Of a DNA stretch of 64,000 bases, positions 25,056-39,270 are shown in pieces (the stretch's first letter is position 1; each line of letters opens with the position of its first letter). A program made the position numbers and the translations under genes. The DNA is from Octopus bimaculoides (Eukaryota). Below the pieces are notes generated by a model. The model did not search any database. It worked only from the letters and a program-made list of their open reading frames with translations, and was not told the origin of the DNA. Location of the stretch: the NCBI RefSeq assembly GCF_001194135.2, contig NC_068984.1:10011298-10075297 (forward strand). The letters are read 5' to 3'.

Positions 25056-26473
25056 AAACAAAAAGATAAAAGGATAGGATTATAACACCACAAGGTATTT
25101 TCCCATAAAAATCTGATAATATTTGACTAGGCACAAAGTGTCTATCTTTCAAGGGAAAGAAATGATGCGAAAAAAGGGGACATTTTTCTCAAAGACAACC
25201 AAAGGGGTTAGGGAAGTGAAATTATGTCGACCTAGAATCGGGACCATAAAAAAGTGGGATTCCGGTTCCATGCTGAAATCCCCAAATTTTACCCCATCCC
25301 CACCCTATGGCGGTGGTGATTTCTTCCAGGTTAAAAACTGTTGTTCTTGAGGAAAACAGAAGTGGTGAGGGGAGACTGGTGGAATGGAAGTGTTGTTACT
25401 TGATAAGTTAATAGGAGCAGAGTCTGTTATAGTAGTGTTGGGAGATACAAAGAGCAGACATAGAATAAAACTATGTTTATAGTATAAAGTGGCCAAGCAG
25501 AGGTTGTTCTTGCTGTTGTTGTGGAGTTTTAAGTCTGAGATCAGTCTTCATCAAATAGATTTATGATCAAAAGACATTCCAACAATGACCATCCTACAAA
25601 ATTTTTTTCCAGGCTCGTCTATCCAAAACTATATCCTTGTCCAAAGTAACTGATATGAGGCAGATTTGGCTGCTATTTCTAACATGGTGGATGACTTCGT
25701 TTTGTAGGAAGTAGGGGGTTATAATAGAAAAAAAAAAAGATGATAATAGTCAGGATATGGAATTGTATGTGTGTGTATGTGTATACATGTCTGTGAGAAT
25801 GATTATGTATGTGTGAATACATGCTTGTGTGTATACGTATATGATTGAGTACGATTTCTTTTATGTACTTTGAACTTGTCAATTCAATTGATTTTATCAA
25901 AAAAAGAAAAAAGCTGTTTTCAGAAAAAATGTCATTTATAAAAAAATAACTAAATGCAATGAATACCACCCTGATCATATAAAGGTGTGTCTTTGGGTGG
26001 AAAGGTGGGTACCAGGTCAAGAACTGACATTAAAAGCTTGTCCTTAATAAGATTCTTATCATTAAAGTTTACTTTCTGAATAATAAAAAAGTCATTATAT
26101 GAAATTTGGGGGTTTTGCCCCAAATTAGAATGTTCTTGTGAAAATACATAATTCTTTTGGTTGATTTCCTTAAAAAAATAATAAAATAGATCGGTTGTGC
26201 TGTATCCAGGGTGGAAGCCACACTGTTCTTCGTCTTGGGCTCAACAATTCCCTTACATCTTTTTTTCCAGACACTAAATGTAGTGTATACTAGGGATGCT
26301 TAATGAGACAATTCCTCATAATTAGAGCACCCTCTCCTGTCTCCCATTCAGAAAAAAAATTTAGGATTTTCACCTCATATTGTGATTACTTTGGTGTCCT
26401 TCCAGATCCACTGACATACATGAATAACTACTTCTTATGCATTGAGGGGTCACAGCTCTGGAACTGAGGACCT

Positions 26474-26700
26474 GTGATTAGAATGTTGCAGGAAAGAATC
26501 ACAAGGAAAATTCTTCAAGCCATGCTAATCAGCAGGAGAGACAAGGGTAGACCAATAACAAGATGGTTGGAGAATATTTACAGTATCAGCTGGTCATGCT
26601 TGGTAATTCGGTTAGAAAGTGTAATGATGGTTGCTGCTGACAGGACCCTATGGAGAAGGCACCTGAGGACCCTACCCCTGCAACCCTTCCAGGAACAGTG
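26474..26700 (+). mobile_element. RTE-clade C-terminal fragment
   Basis: RITRKIL...RRDKGRPITRWLE...VAADRTLWR. Confidence 0.7.
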
Positions 26701-26919
26701 GGTGGAGAAGATGGATGGATGAATGGTTGAGAAATAAAATACAAGTACAAAATAATGGACCAAGTAATTAAACTGCTTGATTACACTTATATACCAGAGT
26801 AGATCAGGTTAAGGAAAATACAAGAATCTGCAGAAACTAACGAGGATTTATGTTGGTAAAAGACAATTAATAAAATTAGTAAAACAGTTAATTACTCATG
26901 CCATGAAAAGAAGTGAGGT

Positions 26920-27110
26920 CAACCCTTTAACATTCAGACTGCTCTGTCAAATGTAATGCTTATCTATTTACAATATCTTGAATTAATCATGCATTATCTC
27001 ATGAGATAATCGTGTGATTATATATTTTTAGAATGATATTGTAGGATTGGTGTGAGAGTCTGGATCTGGTCAGTTTGAACATAAAACAGAAAGAATAACA
27101 TTTTAGGCAG
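26920..27110 (-). mobile_element. piggyBac-type MITE, partial
   Basis: Reverse homologue of 27687-27904. Confidence 0.65.
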
Positions 27111-27324
27111 AACTCTTTTTTTACATCAGTTTTTCCATGCTAAGTCAGTCCTTATTAAGCAAGTTCATGATCCAGCCATGACTCTACCTAAAAACATTTG
27201 ATTTGGAAACAAACATTTTAACCACATAACCATGGCTGTACCATTTTCAAAGAAAAACGTTCTTCGAACATAACATTAGATTCTACTTAGATTTCATGAA
27301 ACTCTCACATCAATAATAGTTTCA

Positions 27325-27520
27325 AATTTTGGCACAAGGCCAGCAATTTGAGGTGGTGGAGGGGCAAGTGGATCAACTGGTACTTATTTTATTGACCCCA
27401 AAAGAATGAAAAGCAAAGTCAACCTTGACAGAATCTGAACTCAGAATTTAGGAATGGGCGAAACGCCATTAAGCATCCCATCCAGCGTGCTAACGGTTCT
27501 GCCAACTCACTGCCTTAAAC
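27325..27520 (-). mobile_element. SINE family A, tail 2
   Basis: Consensus match. Confidence 0.8.
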
Positions 27521-27686
27521 TCTAACATCATTAATACCAGCATCAACACCACCACTGCCACAGGCACCCTTAACATTTCTGCCACTGTCATCAATATCGA
27601 CCCTTTGCCTGTGTATCACATGTGATGCACAGAACATATTTCCCTGGAGTTCACACATCACACATGATACACAGCCTCAATGTTTT

Positions 27687-27904
27687 TTAACCCTTTAGCA
27701 TTTAAACCAGCCTGAATACTTTACCTGCTTTATGTTCGAACCAGCCAGATCCCGCCTCTTGCACCTACCTTACAATGTCATTCTAAAAATCAAACAACCA
27801 CACCATCGAAATCTCAAAGCTCTGAGATAATTCATGATTAATTCTACACAATGTGAATAAATAAGCATTACATTTGACAGATTAATCTGAATGTTAAACG
27901 GTTC
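27687..27904 (+). mobile_element. piggyBac-type MITE
   Basis: TTAA-CCCTTTAGCATT left end and degenerate aatgttaaacggtt right end; further pieces at 29540-29615 and 31750-31960. Confidence 0.7.
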
Positions 27905-28204
27905 AATGAGCAGAATAATTATAATTTCAATACTGAATAATGTCTGCAAACAATTTCGTTAGGTTTGTTGAGATGCAATTCAGTTCTTTAATGATAACGA
28001 TTTATTTATATTCATATACAATTTTATATTGCTTGGGTGTGGTTTGTTTTTGTGGGCCTTTTTAAAAATTTACTTTCCTACTCATTTTGACCCAATAGAG
28101 TCAATAGAAAGCTTAGAATAGGCTTTTATCCTAAATTATTTATATTACTGGTTAAGAATCTAAGGCAAATGTATCATGTGACCTAGTCTTCATTAACTTA
28201 ATAT

Positions 28205-28400
28205 TTATTTCTTTATTGCCCACAAGGGGCTAAACATAGAGGGGACAAAGGACAGACAAAGAGATTAAGTTGATTACATCAACCCCAGTGCATAACTGGT
28301 ACTTATTTAATCAATCCCAAAAAGATGAAAGGCAAAGTTGACCTCGGTGGAATTTGAACTCAGAACGTAACGGCAGACAAAATACCACTAAGCATTTCTG
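28205..28400 (-). mobile_element. SINE family A, tail 1
   Basis: Consensus match. Confidence 0.85.
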
Positions 28401-28644
28401 AAGATTAGTATTTAACCATTGCCTGTCCTGTGTATCGCATGTGATACTCAAGATATATTTCCCTGGTATCAGATATGATACACATTCCCAGTATTTTTTC
28501 AACTATCAGAGTAACTTATGAAAGGAAAACTTTTATTATTCAGAATGTAGAAAACAAGGGTTAACTAAAAAAGGGAAACAAGCCTGGGCGTTTAGGATAA
28601 ACTTGTGAAAATAATTTGGAGAGGCAAAGGGTTAACACCTAATA

Positions 28645-28840
28645 ATGGTTTCAAATTTTGGCACAAGGCCAGCAATTTTAAGGGAAGAGAAGGGAAGTGC
28701 TCAACTGGTACTTATTTTATCGACCCCAAAAGGATGAAAGGCAAAGTCGACTTTGGTAGAATTTGAACCCAGAATATAAAGATGGACGTAATACAAATAA
28801 GCGATTTGCCTGGCGTGCTAACTACTCTGCCAGCTCGCCT
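28645..28840 (-). mobile_element. SINE family A, tail 2
   Basis: Consensus match. Confidence 0.8.
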
Positions 28841-30123
28841 AATATTAACATCATGAATATATATTTTGTTAAAAAAAGTGAATAAATATAAGTTGAATGG
28901 TTTTAATTTCATCAAAAAGGTATTTGTTTTTTTATGTCAATAAATTGAAAACAATGCAAACAGTTCGGAAAACATCTTCTAAATTTCAAATTCTAAATTT
29001 TAAGAATTTGTATTCTAATATTGCTGAGGGGAGTATGTGGAGGAGAGAGGGAATAATTCTTTTTTAATAAAAATTACAAAATACAAAATTTGTACCATAA
29101 ATATCTTAGTTCAAATGCACATTTTAGTAAAAATGTAAAATAAATTAATTTTTGTACAATGAATTCATTTTTTTATGAAGAATTTTTGCTACAAATTCAA
29201 AAATTTATTTTTTGTTAGATTCATTTACACACACACGCACACACACAAATGAAAAAAAATGGATTCAGAGAATCAAATGTAACTCACAGTAAGCACTCCA
29301 GCTGGTGTCTGGCTATCAGGTAGCATAGCAATTAAATTTAAGTTTATAATGCAAGTTAATGTTACTTCGCATCTGAAAATCCAAGAAACGCAACTGGAGC
29401 GTAAAAATAATTTAAAAATCAGAAGTGAGAGATGGAAAAGTATTTATTCCATATGAATAAATACACTTTAATTATCACTTTTCCTGAATTTTGATTGATT
29501 ACTTATGAGTGAGTGTGTGTGTGTGTGTGTGTGATTGATGCAGGATTAGTTCAAAACAGCATGAATACATAAGCATTACATTTGATAGACTAATTTGAAT
29601 GCTAAAGGGTTAATTATAAAGATTTCATTCTTCAGAAAGAAAATATATATATATGAAACGTTTTGTAACCAGGCATCAGCATTATAATTTTCTTTACACA
29701 AATAAAAAGTAAATTCTTTAAAATGTATTCAAATGTTTAATGAAATATACCAACCAATAATGTTTAACAAATATAATTTTCTTCCAGTAACATTGGTCTA
29801 ATTCTTCCTTAGTCGAAAGACACTTATTGTTATGTCCTGTTATTTGCATTTGTATTTGTGTACCATTTCTCCTTTTTTTTTCCGTCCTTGTTTTTGTATA
29901 CATTCGCTGCTTTCTTCCAAGGAATCTAGTGTTTTTAGCTTAGTTTTTCCTTAGGGCTGGCCATATTGGAGCAATCTTGAGTATAACCAGCCAAAATTGC
30001 AAAGATAATCTGGAACTTGACTGAGGAAAGAAAGCTCCGAATGACCCATCCTTGTTTTTTCTTGTCCCTTTTTTGTATCATCTGTCTGGATGTTTTACAT
30101 TCTTGTCCCATTTTTTGTATTCC

Positions 30124-30157
<34 letters not shown>

Positions 30158-32274
30158 TACATACATACACATACATGCATACACACACACACACACATGC
30201 ATGTATATGTATGCAAACCTTTGACTGCTTATTTTTTTTTTTTAGGTACATTAATTAATATTTGGGCATTATCACCTTGGTTGGAAAATTAAAAAAATAT
30301 GAAAATTAGTAATATGAATTAATAGTGTAATATGAAAATTTATAATATTTAAAAATTGAATTTTTATACATTAAAAACAAATGTTATGACAATCTGCATC
30401 ATTTCTTAATGACTTCCATTCCTCTCAGCATGCTTTTGGCAAATCACTAACTGACAACTGCCATAATTAAAGGGTTAAGAGATTAAAAGATTGACAAGTA
30501 TGAAACGTGAATGATCTCAGTTTATTTGTCGTATAAACAAAATAAAATATAAATATAATTTTTGTTTACAAAAGAAACTCTTTTGTTTACCAATTGTTAT
30601 CGTATAGATTTATCTCTAATAAAAATACATTTCTTTTTCTTATTAAATTTGACAATTGCGAGATGGAAGATACATGTTTCCCTTTTTTTTTTTATTCAGA
30701 GCTTGCAATCAGATCAAAATAAATTGTAAACAGCAACAAGTTCCTTTCTTTCCATTTATAAAGAAAATAGATTAGACAATTTAAAATGAGAGGGAAAATA
30801 TATGTGTACATGTATATATCTGTGTGTCTGTTCAGGAATGTCCATCTGTGTGTGTGTGTGTGCCTCCATGTAATCATAAAACATGTGGCAAAGATGTACT
30901 GATGTTTCAGACCAAGTTATACATGGCAGTATATTACATAAAAAGTGAGCTCAAAGACTACTAATTTGATTTCAGAAGAAATTGAAAATTTATTTTTATA
31001 ATTATCAAATATCGCTGGATTTATCACCCAGTTTAAATAACGACAGAGAAATGTTATATAAATGCAGTTTATTAGTCTGTTGAGTCTATTTGGTATTTTA
31101 AATTACTGTCAGACAATTCTTTGTAGGCCAAAAGCTTTTCATCCATCTCTGAGCCTATCAATAACTATAAATGCAACGATCTCAGAGAGGAGAATGACAT
31201 AGAGTGGGGAGAGGTGAGAGAGAGGAGAATAGAAAGGGAAAGAGAAGAGAAATGGAGAGGAGAAGGAGAGAGAGAGACTTGTTGTTTAAACAGATGATCA
31301 GAAGTATTCGAATCCTGTCCCTACCACCTTTCTTTTAGCAGTCTGTAGGCATATATTACCTAATGTCTCCTTCCTCATTTCAGACAACAGGTTATGATTT
31401 AAGGGAGACTTGGTTTTTATTGAGACTTCTTAAGCTCAAGGGCCTAGGGAGCCTCTCTCACAGAGAGAGAGAGAGAGAGATGGGGGAAAGCAAAGTATTT
31501 TGATTGATATAACATGAAAGTCTGTGACTACATGCTGCCAATTTCAAGAATGTTTCTGATATATCATTCATAGTTTAATCAACAATGAAAGAAATGTGAT
31601 TGTATTTTATTTAATGAACATGTAATATCCCATGATATCTATATGCCAATAGTATCCACTTACAGTTTGGGGTCACCTTGAGCAAGATAAAATTTAAACC
31701 CTTATCCCAACATTCTCTTGAGCACTAAGTATGATCTAGATATAAATTCTTTATAAAGCATTTAAGCTGGCTGATTCAAGCCTGTTTTATGTTCTGCCAG
31801 ATCTGACCTCTCACACCTACCGTACAATGTCTTGCTAAAAACATAATTTACATCAAAATCTTGAAGCTATGAGATAATCCATGATTAATTCGAAAGAATG
31901 TAAATAAATAAATATTACATTTGAGAGAATGTTCTAGAGATATATGTGTTCTGAATGCTAAGAAATATATGTGTTCTAGATCACATAGAATTCAAGAAAA
32001 GAAGACTTTTTACTTGAAAATAAACCCATACAATGTTTTCTAATTCTGAAACAGGAAAAACATAACATTGCTTGCTTTAAAGTCTTGAAACTATAAGCAT
32101 TTCCAGAAAGAAATCTGAAATTATCATTTTTCAAGGGCCGTCATTTAAATCCTATTTTTCTATTTTAATGTCACACTCCCAACATCATCATCATTAAGTA
32201 TAATTAAATTTGATAATTAGTATAATTAAATTTGATATTCTATGTAATCTAATTTATAAGGTAGGATGAAAATA

Positions 32275-32710
32275 TATTCTTTTCTACTCTAGGCACAAGG
32301 GCCAAAATTCTTGGGCAAGGGAGCTAGTCGATTAGCTGAACCCCAGTATGCAGTTGGTACTTAATTTATTGACCCTGAAAGGATAAAAGCCAAAGTCGAC
32401 CTCGGCGGAATTTGAACTCAGAACGTAAAGACAGACAAAATACTGCTAAGCATTTCGCCCGGCGTGCTAACGATTCTTATTTCTTTATTGCCCACAAGGG
32501 GCTAAGCATAGTGGAGACAAACAAGGACAGACAAAGGGATTAAGACGATTACATCAACCCCAGTGCGTAACTGGTACTTAATTTATTGACCCTGAAAGGA
32601 TGAGAGGCTAAGTCGACCTTGGCGAAATTTGAACTCAGAACGTAAAGACAGACGAAATACCGCTAAGCATTTCGCCCGGCGTGCTAACGTTTCTGCCAGC
32701 TCACCACCTT
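32275..32710 (-). mobile_element. SINE A heterodimer (tail 1 then tail 2)
   Basis: Junction aataaagaaataagaatcgttagcacg is essentially the same as at 18708-18737. Confidence 0.85.
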
Positions 32711-35700
32711 TTAAGATTTAAATATCAATTAGCTCAAGATGGCCCTCAAACTGTACACAGACACTTCCATTATACATCATGAGATGTTGCTTTTTTACTG
32801 AATAAAATACAATCAAATAAATTCATGTTTATCTTATCCTTGATTAAATTATCAGAATTAAATCAACAATACTTTTCAGAGATTGACAAGATATAGTCAC
32901 TTGAGAGAAGCTCCCTAAGATGTTTAACACACAAATTCATAGAATTGTCATGAACACACTACCAGATATCCTGAACACAAGAATTATTAATAAAATACTA
33001 AAACGGTTAACAAAGTTGTGATCAAAGGTAAGGAACTTGCTGACAGGAAATGAAGATACATGGTAAGTTATAAATTCTTATGAAGCTACAAGATTGTTTT
33101 CGCTTCTTGGAAAATGGGTTTATTAAAACGTCAATGAAGATTTTAGATAGAACAGGAGTTTTAGAGCATGGCAGTAGGTTTCTTGACATGTTCTCAAAAT
33201 AAATAGCAGAATTCTTGAAAAAGGCAGTAAATTTTTTGACAAACCAGCTCTTGAAGATAGTCAAAGTTTGTTGACAAGATACTAAGTTTCTCGATAAATT
33301 TGACAAAAGTTGAGAATTATTAAAATGTTGTTATAATCGTTTCAAAATTAAGAATAGATAGTAAAAAATTATATATCTTATATAATTGAGGAGAAAATAT
33401 AGAAATAATTTTGTTGTTCAGCAATGAAGAATTTCTTTATTTTAACTGATGATCATATAGAAAAATAATAACATAGTTATAGTTGGCATATATATATATA
33501 TACACATATATATATATATGTATTTCGAAATTGTTTTCCCCTTTTCATTTACAGGATATAATTTGATTAATTTCAAATATCAAAAGGTTTAAGTGATTAT
33601 ATTAGAGAATTTAAATTATCAGTACATCAAAGATTTATGGGGAATAAAAAGACAATATTTAAACATTTTCGCATTCCTAGCAAAATATATGCATGGAAAT
33701 ATTTATATCTCCAAAAGAATGGAAAGAATAAGATAGAAAAATCAAGGGAAGTAACTCAGTGTGTTATTTGCGCCTATGTCAAAATAGTCGAACCGAGACT
33801 TTCGTATACAATATAGGCTTAAACAATGGTATAGATATTTAATATTTAAGGTTAAAGATGTGGAGGTATTAAAAAGAATGTTTATAAAACAGTTGAGAAA
33901 TATTAACTAGTAATGGACATATAAAAACTACCTTGTCCGGTTGGCCAAGGCGTAAAACTGGGATAAAAAATAAACTGAACAGTTGTCTGCCCCTGTTAAA
34001 GAAATTAAAGAAAACGTAAATTATTGTTTTTTAAAAAAATAAATAAAATATATTGATACAAAAATCCTGAAAATAAAATAAGTAATTCTTTCAAAGTCTA
34101 GCTCGAAATATTTACATCTTTTGACTTTTCTTAGTTACTTTTATATGTTCTTGTTTATTCTTTAATACAGTTTATCAACTTGAAAATCTTATTTCGTTTA
34201 TTATTGTGACAATATCACAGTGACCTACTCTGAAATATTCATTAATGTAATTGAAAACTCCATTTACAGATGAAGAATTTTAAAATTTCCTCAAATATGA
34301 CTAGAGTGAAGAAAGGATTTTATGTTAAATTTTGCTTTGGTTTGAATAGCAGGGTCATCTAAATAATAAATTCCCTAAAATTTGTCATTTGCCAAAAATG
34401 ATAGAGAACCTTTGTGAAGAATTATTTAAATTGCATGGAAAATAGGACTGATTTTTACAATCATCATCATCGTCGTCACCATTTCGTCATCATCATCATC
34501 ATTTCGTTATCGTCAATACCAACACTCATTATTAGCATTTTCCATTCAAAACAGAAGAACCAAGTTATATAGAAAGACAAGTAACAAGTTGGCATTGTTA
34601 ATTAATATAATGAAATGAATAATTTCGTGCTCTCTTCACAATATATTTTGCATTTGGAAAGAACTTTTCTTTCATCTCCAAATTAAACAGATATTGTAAC
34701 CAAAGTACCAAACCTGTTCATGTGGTTACACTAACAACACCACCTTGTCGTGTGTTTTTCTGTATAACTCGTTTAATCATCTTTTGCTAGTTTCAGCTTT
34801 TTATTCAATTCCTTAATTGCCTCTTTATTCAAATGGTTTTATACTCATTCTCGAATTATGCTTACATCATTGTAAAATATTATGAATTATAAATTAAATA
34901 ATTTTGACACTGAAAGAAAATATCCACTTGTCTGCCTGCTTATCTGTCTGTCTGTCTCTCTCTCTCTCTCTATCTGGCTAGTCAAGATAGTTTAGTATGA
35001 ACTAACAAGTTAGTAAGTATAAATTATTTTAGTTTAGTTATTAGGTTTCAAATCTTGTCAAGGTTGGTATTAGTTGTTTATAAAAGGTCTGGGATTTCAA
35101 AAATCTGGTACACTTCAGGACATAAAAGATGTCCTTCTCCAATTTTTGGCAGATTCTAATATAAGAGAGGGAACAGAGTCATATTCATTAAGGTATTGGT
35201 CAAGCAGGCGGGTTTGACCATGTACTAGCGGCACTAGTGAGGTGTTATAGGTCAGTAAGTGAAATTGGTATTAAAGTGAGTTTATCTGAAGTCTGCTAGT
35301 ACAGAAACAAATATATATCTATACATAAGACGATGATGATGATGATATTAATAACGTAGAGCTGTATTGATTAAATATAAAAAAAAAACACGCTTAAATA
35401 AACATGAGCAGGTGTTAGAGAATAAAATAAAATAAAATAAAATAACTTGCATTTCAAATATTTGCAGCTGAGGCTTTGTGCATTAAAATTACCTTCAATG
35501 CATAGAAAAATATTGTATAGTTTACAACCAGCTTAATTTACGAAATAGCATTGTCTCGACGACCAAACATATCGGCATTAAAATATAAGGTGTTTGATTC
35601 TTAATAGCTTTCATTAGGGCAAAACAAGTTTTAGAGTTGAAGAGGATTATCTTCCCTTAAACTGTTAGCCTAATGTCTTGCGTGGCGGCGTTGTCTGCTC

Positions 35701-35882
35701 AGTTACATTTTTATGCTAATGATGTAGATTGTAAATTGATTATACACAGAATAACTAAAACCTCATGGATATATTAAAACTGAGTGCTAAATAATAACAG
35801 GTGTAGCCAATATGCATAAGGCCAATAAGACTAAGTCTACAGTTCATCTTATAGAAAGGGACGAGCTGTAGACTGCATAAAC

Positions 35883-36128
35883 CAGTGGTTCTCTACCAGG
35901 GTCCAGATAAGATTTTGCTGTTAAAATGTATGTACAATAAATTGGTTAAACCTCTACAATGTTCAAAATAATTTAATGTTTTTTTATACAATTCCTTATG
36001 ATATTTAATTAGAAAAATACAGTAAGATTTTTTTTATATACAGTGAATAGCTATGGAGAGCCAGCCAGTAGGGCAAAATAGAAATTTTGAAGGGTTCCAC
36101 AGGGAAAAAAAATGGTGGAGAACCATTG
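35883..36128. mobile_element. hAT-type MITE
   Basis: CAGTGGTTCTC...GAGAACCATTG termini; no clean 8-bp TSD. Confidence 0.65.
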
Positions 36129-36654
36129 ACATAGGTCTTTCAACCACATTAAATACAGTCCAGAAAAAATTTTTATTGTATGAGAAAAAAATAACCCCAC
36201 ACCTAATTTATTAGTATATTTGCTGACTGTTTCATGTTTGTAAATGTGTGTATACTTTTTTTCGTGTGTGAATGTGTGTATACTTTTCTTCATATAACCA
36301 CAACATCCATATTCCATCATAGAAGCATTCAAATATCATACATTCTGGCTCAGTAAAGTTACTGAGCAGAACTGACCTGTTTCTACATTAGAAAGTTCAG
36401 AATATATTAGTATCCATTGCATATCCTGATATATGTTAGCTAGAAAATAAATTTAGTTGACTATTAAAAGTAGAACCAATCACTTCTATACTGAGGTAAC
36501 AAATAGAACATAAAAGGAAATGGAATGGTAGACTTAGGTCGATAATACTCTTCAATTGTAGATAAGTTTTAATAAGGACAAAATATATGAAGGTTTAGAA
36601 ATAATAGATTTCTAAATCTCTCAGAGAGATTTATGCAGTAGTAATACGATGAAG

Positions 36655-36937
36655 TAGTTGTATGCTGTCAACTTAATATGGCAGTCTCATGAAGGGAATA
36701 ATACTACTGTTGGTTAGACCTAGGAAACTGCACTGCTTCCTGTTGGCTTTGACATTTCCTGTGTCAAGGCCGACACATCCCCTGGTAAATATAAGCACAC
36801 AGGAAATCTCTTTGTAAACATAAGGACACAGGAAATGTGTCAAGGCCAACAGGAAGCGGTGCAGCTTCCTAGGTCTAACCAACAGTAGTATTATTCCCTT
36901 CAGGGGACTGTCACATTAAGTTGACAGCATACAACTA
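36655..36937. mobile_element. Palindromic MITE, ~110-bp arms, TA-flanked
   Basis: 36657-36765 is the inverted homologue of 36825-36935. Confidence 0.85.
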
Positions 36938-37209
36938 TACATGAAGGTTTATAGTTACATTACAACAAGTCAGAATGTACTAATAGCCATACATATAGCT
37001 TGATGTATGTTAATGAGGAAATAAATTTGGTTAACTATTAAAATAGTTCTATAACTGAAGAACTATCTAGAACAGCTTTTCTCAATTTTAAGATCGTAAT
37101 ATTACTAGACATGCACAACATATTATTGGTTATTGCAATATTGTAATATAGACATTATCCAATCTAACCTATTATGTTATCAAAAAAATATAACCACATA
37201 TATATATAT

Positions 37210-37390
37210 AACCCAGTGTTTAGGACAGTGGACTTACGGTCGTAGGATCGCGGTTTCGATTCCCAGACCAGGCATTGTAAGTGTTTATTGAGCAAAAACA
37301 CCTAAAGCTTCACGAGGCTCCGGCAGGGGGTGGTGGCGAACCTTACTGTACTCTTTCACCATAACTTTCTCTCACTCTTTCTTCCTGTTT
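37210..37390 (+). mobile_element. SINE family C 5' half
   Basis: Matches 21390-21575. Confidence 0.8.
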
Positions 37391-37924
37391 TTGTTGGCAT
37401 ATAAGTCAAAGATTAAATCAAAATTTTAAGGCAAATAAACATGAATATTTATTTTTTGGGTAAGAAAATGTAGCTAATTAAAATGAGAGCAATAAATAAG
37501 ATGGAGACTAATTACTTGGTACTGTGTATTAGCTGATATTGGTTATAATAGGTGCCAAGTTATTTCTTAATCTCTTAATGAGAGGAGAGATCATTTACAG
37601 CCCTGTATACAATAAACTCATTATAAGCATTCTTCTTCCTATATTACTAAAACTAAAACTATAACACGATGTACTAATTAGTAGGGATGTTGCCTTGAGG
37701 TTTGGTGCTAACAAGTCTCCTCAAATCTCAAGAATTTTTCATAGGACTTCATCAACTCTGAAAGGCAAAGTCAACCTCGGCAGAATTTGGAATCAGAACA
37801 TAAACAGATAAAATACCACTAAGCATTATGCCTGGTGATTTAACAATGCTGTCACCTTAATAATATTAAAATAATAACACTACTACTACTACTAATAATA
37901 ATAATAATATGTTGTCTCCTTTTA

Positions 37925-38250
37925 TTAAGAGATTAAGAAGAAGGAAAACTGAACAACTATGAAGATTTGAAGTGGGAAATACGAAGGTTGTGGTCAATGA
38001 GGAGAGTAGTACCAATAGTATGTGGTACCAATAGGAATTGGAGCACTTGGAAGCATCAGCACCTGACCACCATCATGGTTCCAAAAGATTGGTACAAATG
38101 CAAAGGTAGAACACCTACAAAAATCAGAATTGCTTGGAACTGGAATAATTCTTCGCAGGGTTCTTGAAGCATGACCAGTAAAACAAGTGTCACCTTAGTC
38201 TGACACTTTCCATCATACCCAGCAAAATAAGTTGTGAGTTTTCATCAAAA
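37925..38250 (+). mobile_element. R4/Dong-clade non-LTR retrotransposon 3' fragment in (TAA)n
   Basis: YEDLKWEIRRLWSMRRVVPIV..IGALG..QK..LLGT..ILRRVL (with frameshifts), the restriction-like endonuclease C-terminus; TAA runs on both sides. Confidence 0.75.
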
Positions 38251-38658
38251 TAATAATAATAATAATAACAATAATAATTACTATTATTCTTGTTGTTGTT
38301 GTTGTTAATATCCTGTTTTAATTAATAACTAATACCATTTTGGTCACAAATTCACACAGAATTCTTTTTAATCAAGGTAATTGGATGATTCTGAATACGG
38401 ACAATGATAGTCCCAGCATGAAGCAGGTTTATGGCTGACAAACTATATAGATTGCTGACTGGCTGTGTACTCCAGGGCTACTACAAAACGTGTATTACTA
38501 TTAAATACCACAACTCATGTTGCTGTACCTGTTTCACAAAAAGCAATTCCCAGAAAAACTCTATACACACCATTTGTTCAAAGCTGGACTTTCTTGTATA
38601 CATCAAACTTTAATATCCTCTGTATGTATATGTGTGTGTGCATGTGTATGTCTGTTTG

Positions 38659-38689
<31 letters not shown>

Positions 38690-38926
38690 NNNNNNNNNNT
38701 CCATCCAGTGAGAGATAAATACCATTTATTCATACTGTGTACATCATTTAATGTACACAATTTGAATAGACCATGTGGTCAGAGCCTGAAGATTGCTTAG
38801 AGACACAAGATGTTATAAAAATATGCCTAGACACCTAGACCCGCATCTCCAAAGCAAGAAACTATTGGTAGCTTGTATCTTTACACTGTGTACATTAAAT
38901 GATATATATATGTATATATATATATA

Positions 38927-39270
38927 TTTATATAAGGGCATTACTATACGTTAATGCCTCACACTTAGAGGGACTCTATGGTCAAAACTACCTTAATAAA
39001 CACATTTTTACAGAACGCGAGGAAATGCAACTCTCCAAGCTAGCCTCTTAAAAACAGACTAAACTATAGATCGACGATTTCGCAGTTATTAAAGCAATAT
39101 GTAAGTTCTGCTCGCGAAATTGTCAATCTATAGTTTAGTCTGTTTTTAAGACGCTAGCTTGGAGAGATGGATCTCCTCGCGTTCGGTAAAAATGTTTTAT
39201 TATGGTAGTTTTGACCTTAGAGTTCCTCTAAGCGTGAGGCATTAATGTATAGAAATGCCCTTATATAAAT
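38927..39270. mobile_element. Palindromic MITE, ~157-bp arms, ~30-nt loop, at a TA tract
   Basis: atttatataagggc...gcccttatataaat; the arms align throughout. Confidence 0.85.

Noticed and set aside
25305-25496. ORF resembling a signal-peptide protein (MATLYYKHSFILCLLFV...)
   Set aside because: Starts at TTG, no in-frame ATG, no recognised homology.
33022-33306. 94-aa ORF with weak internal repetition
   Set aside because: Non-ATG start, AT-rich, no motif; the opposite strand has in-frame stops.
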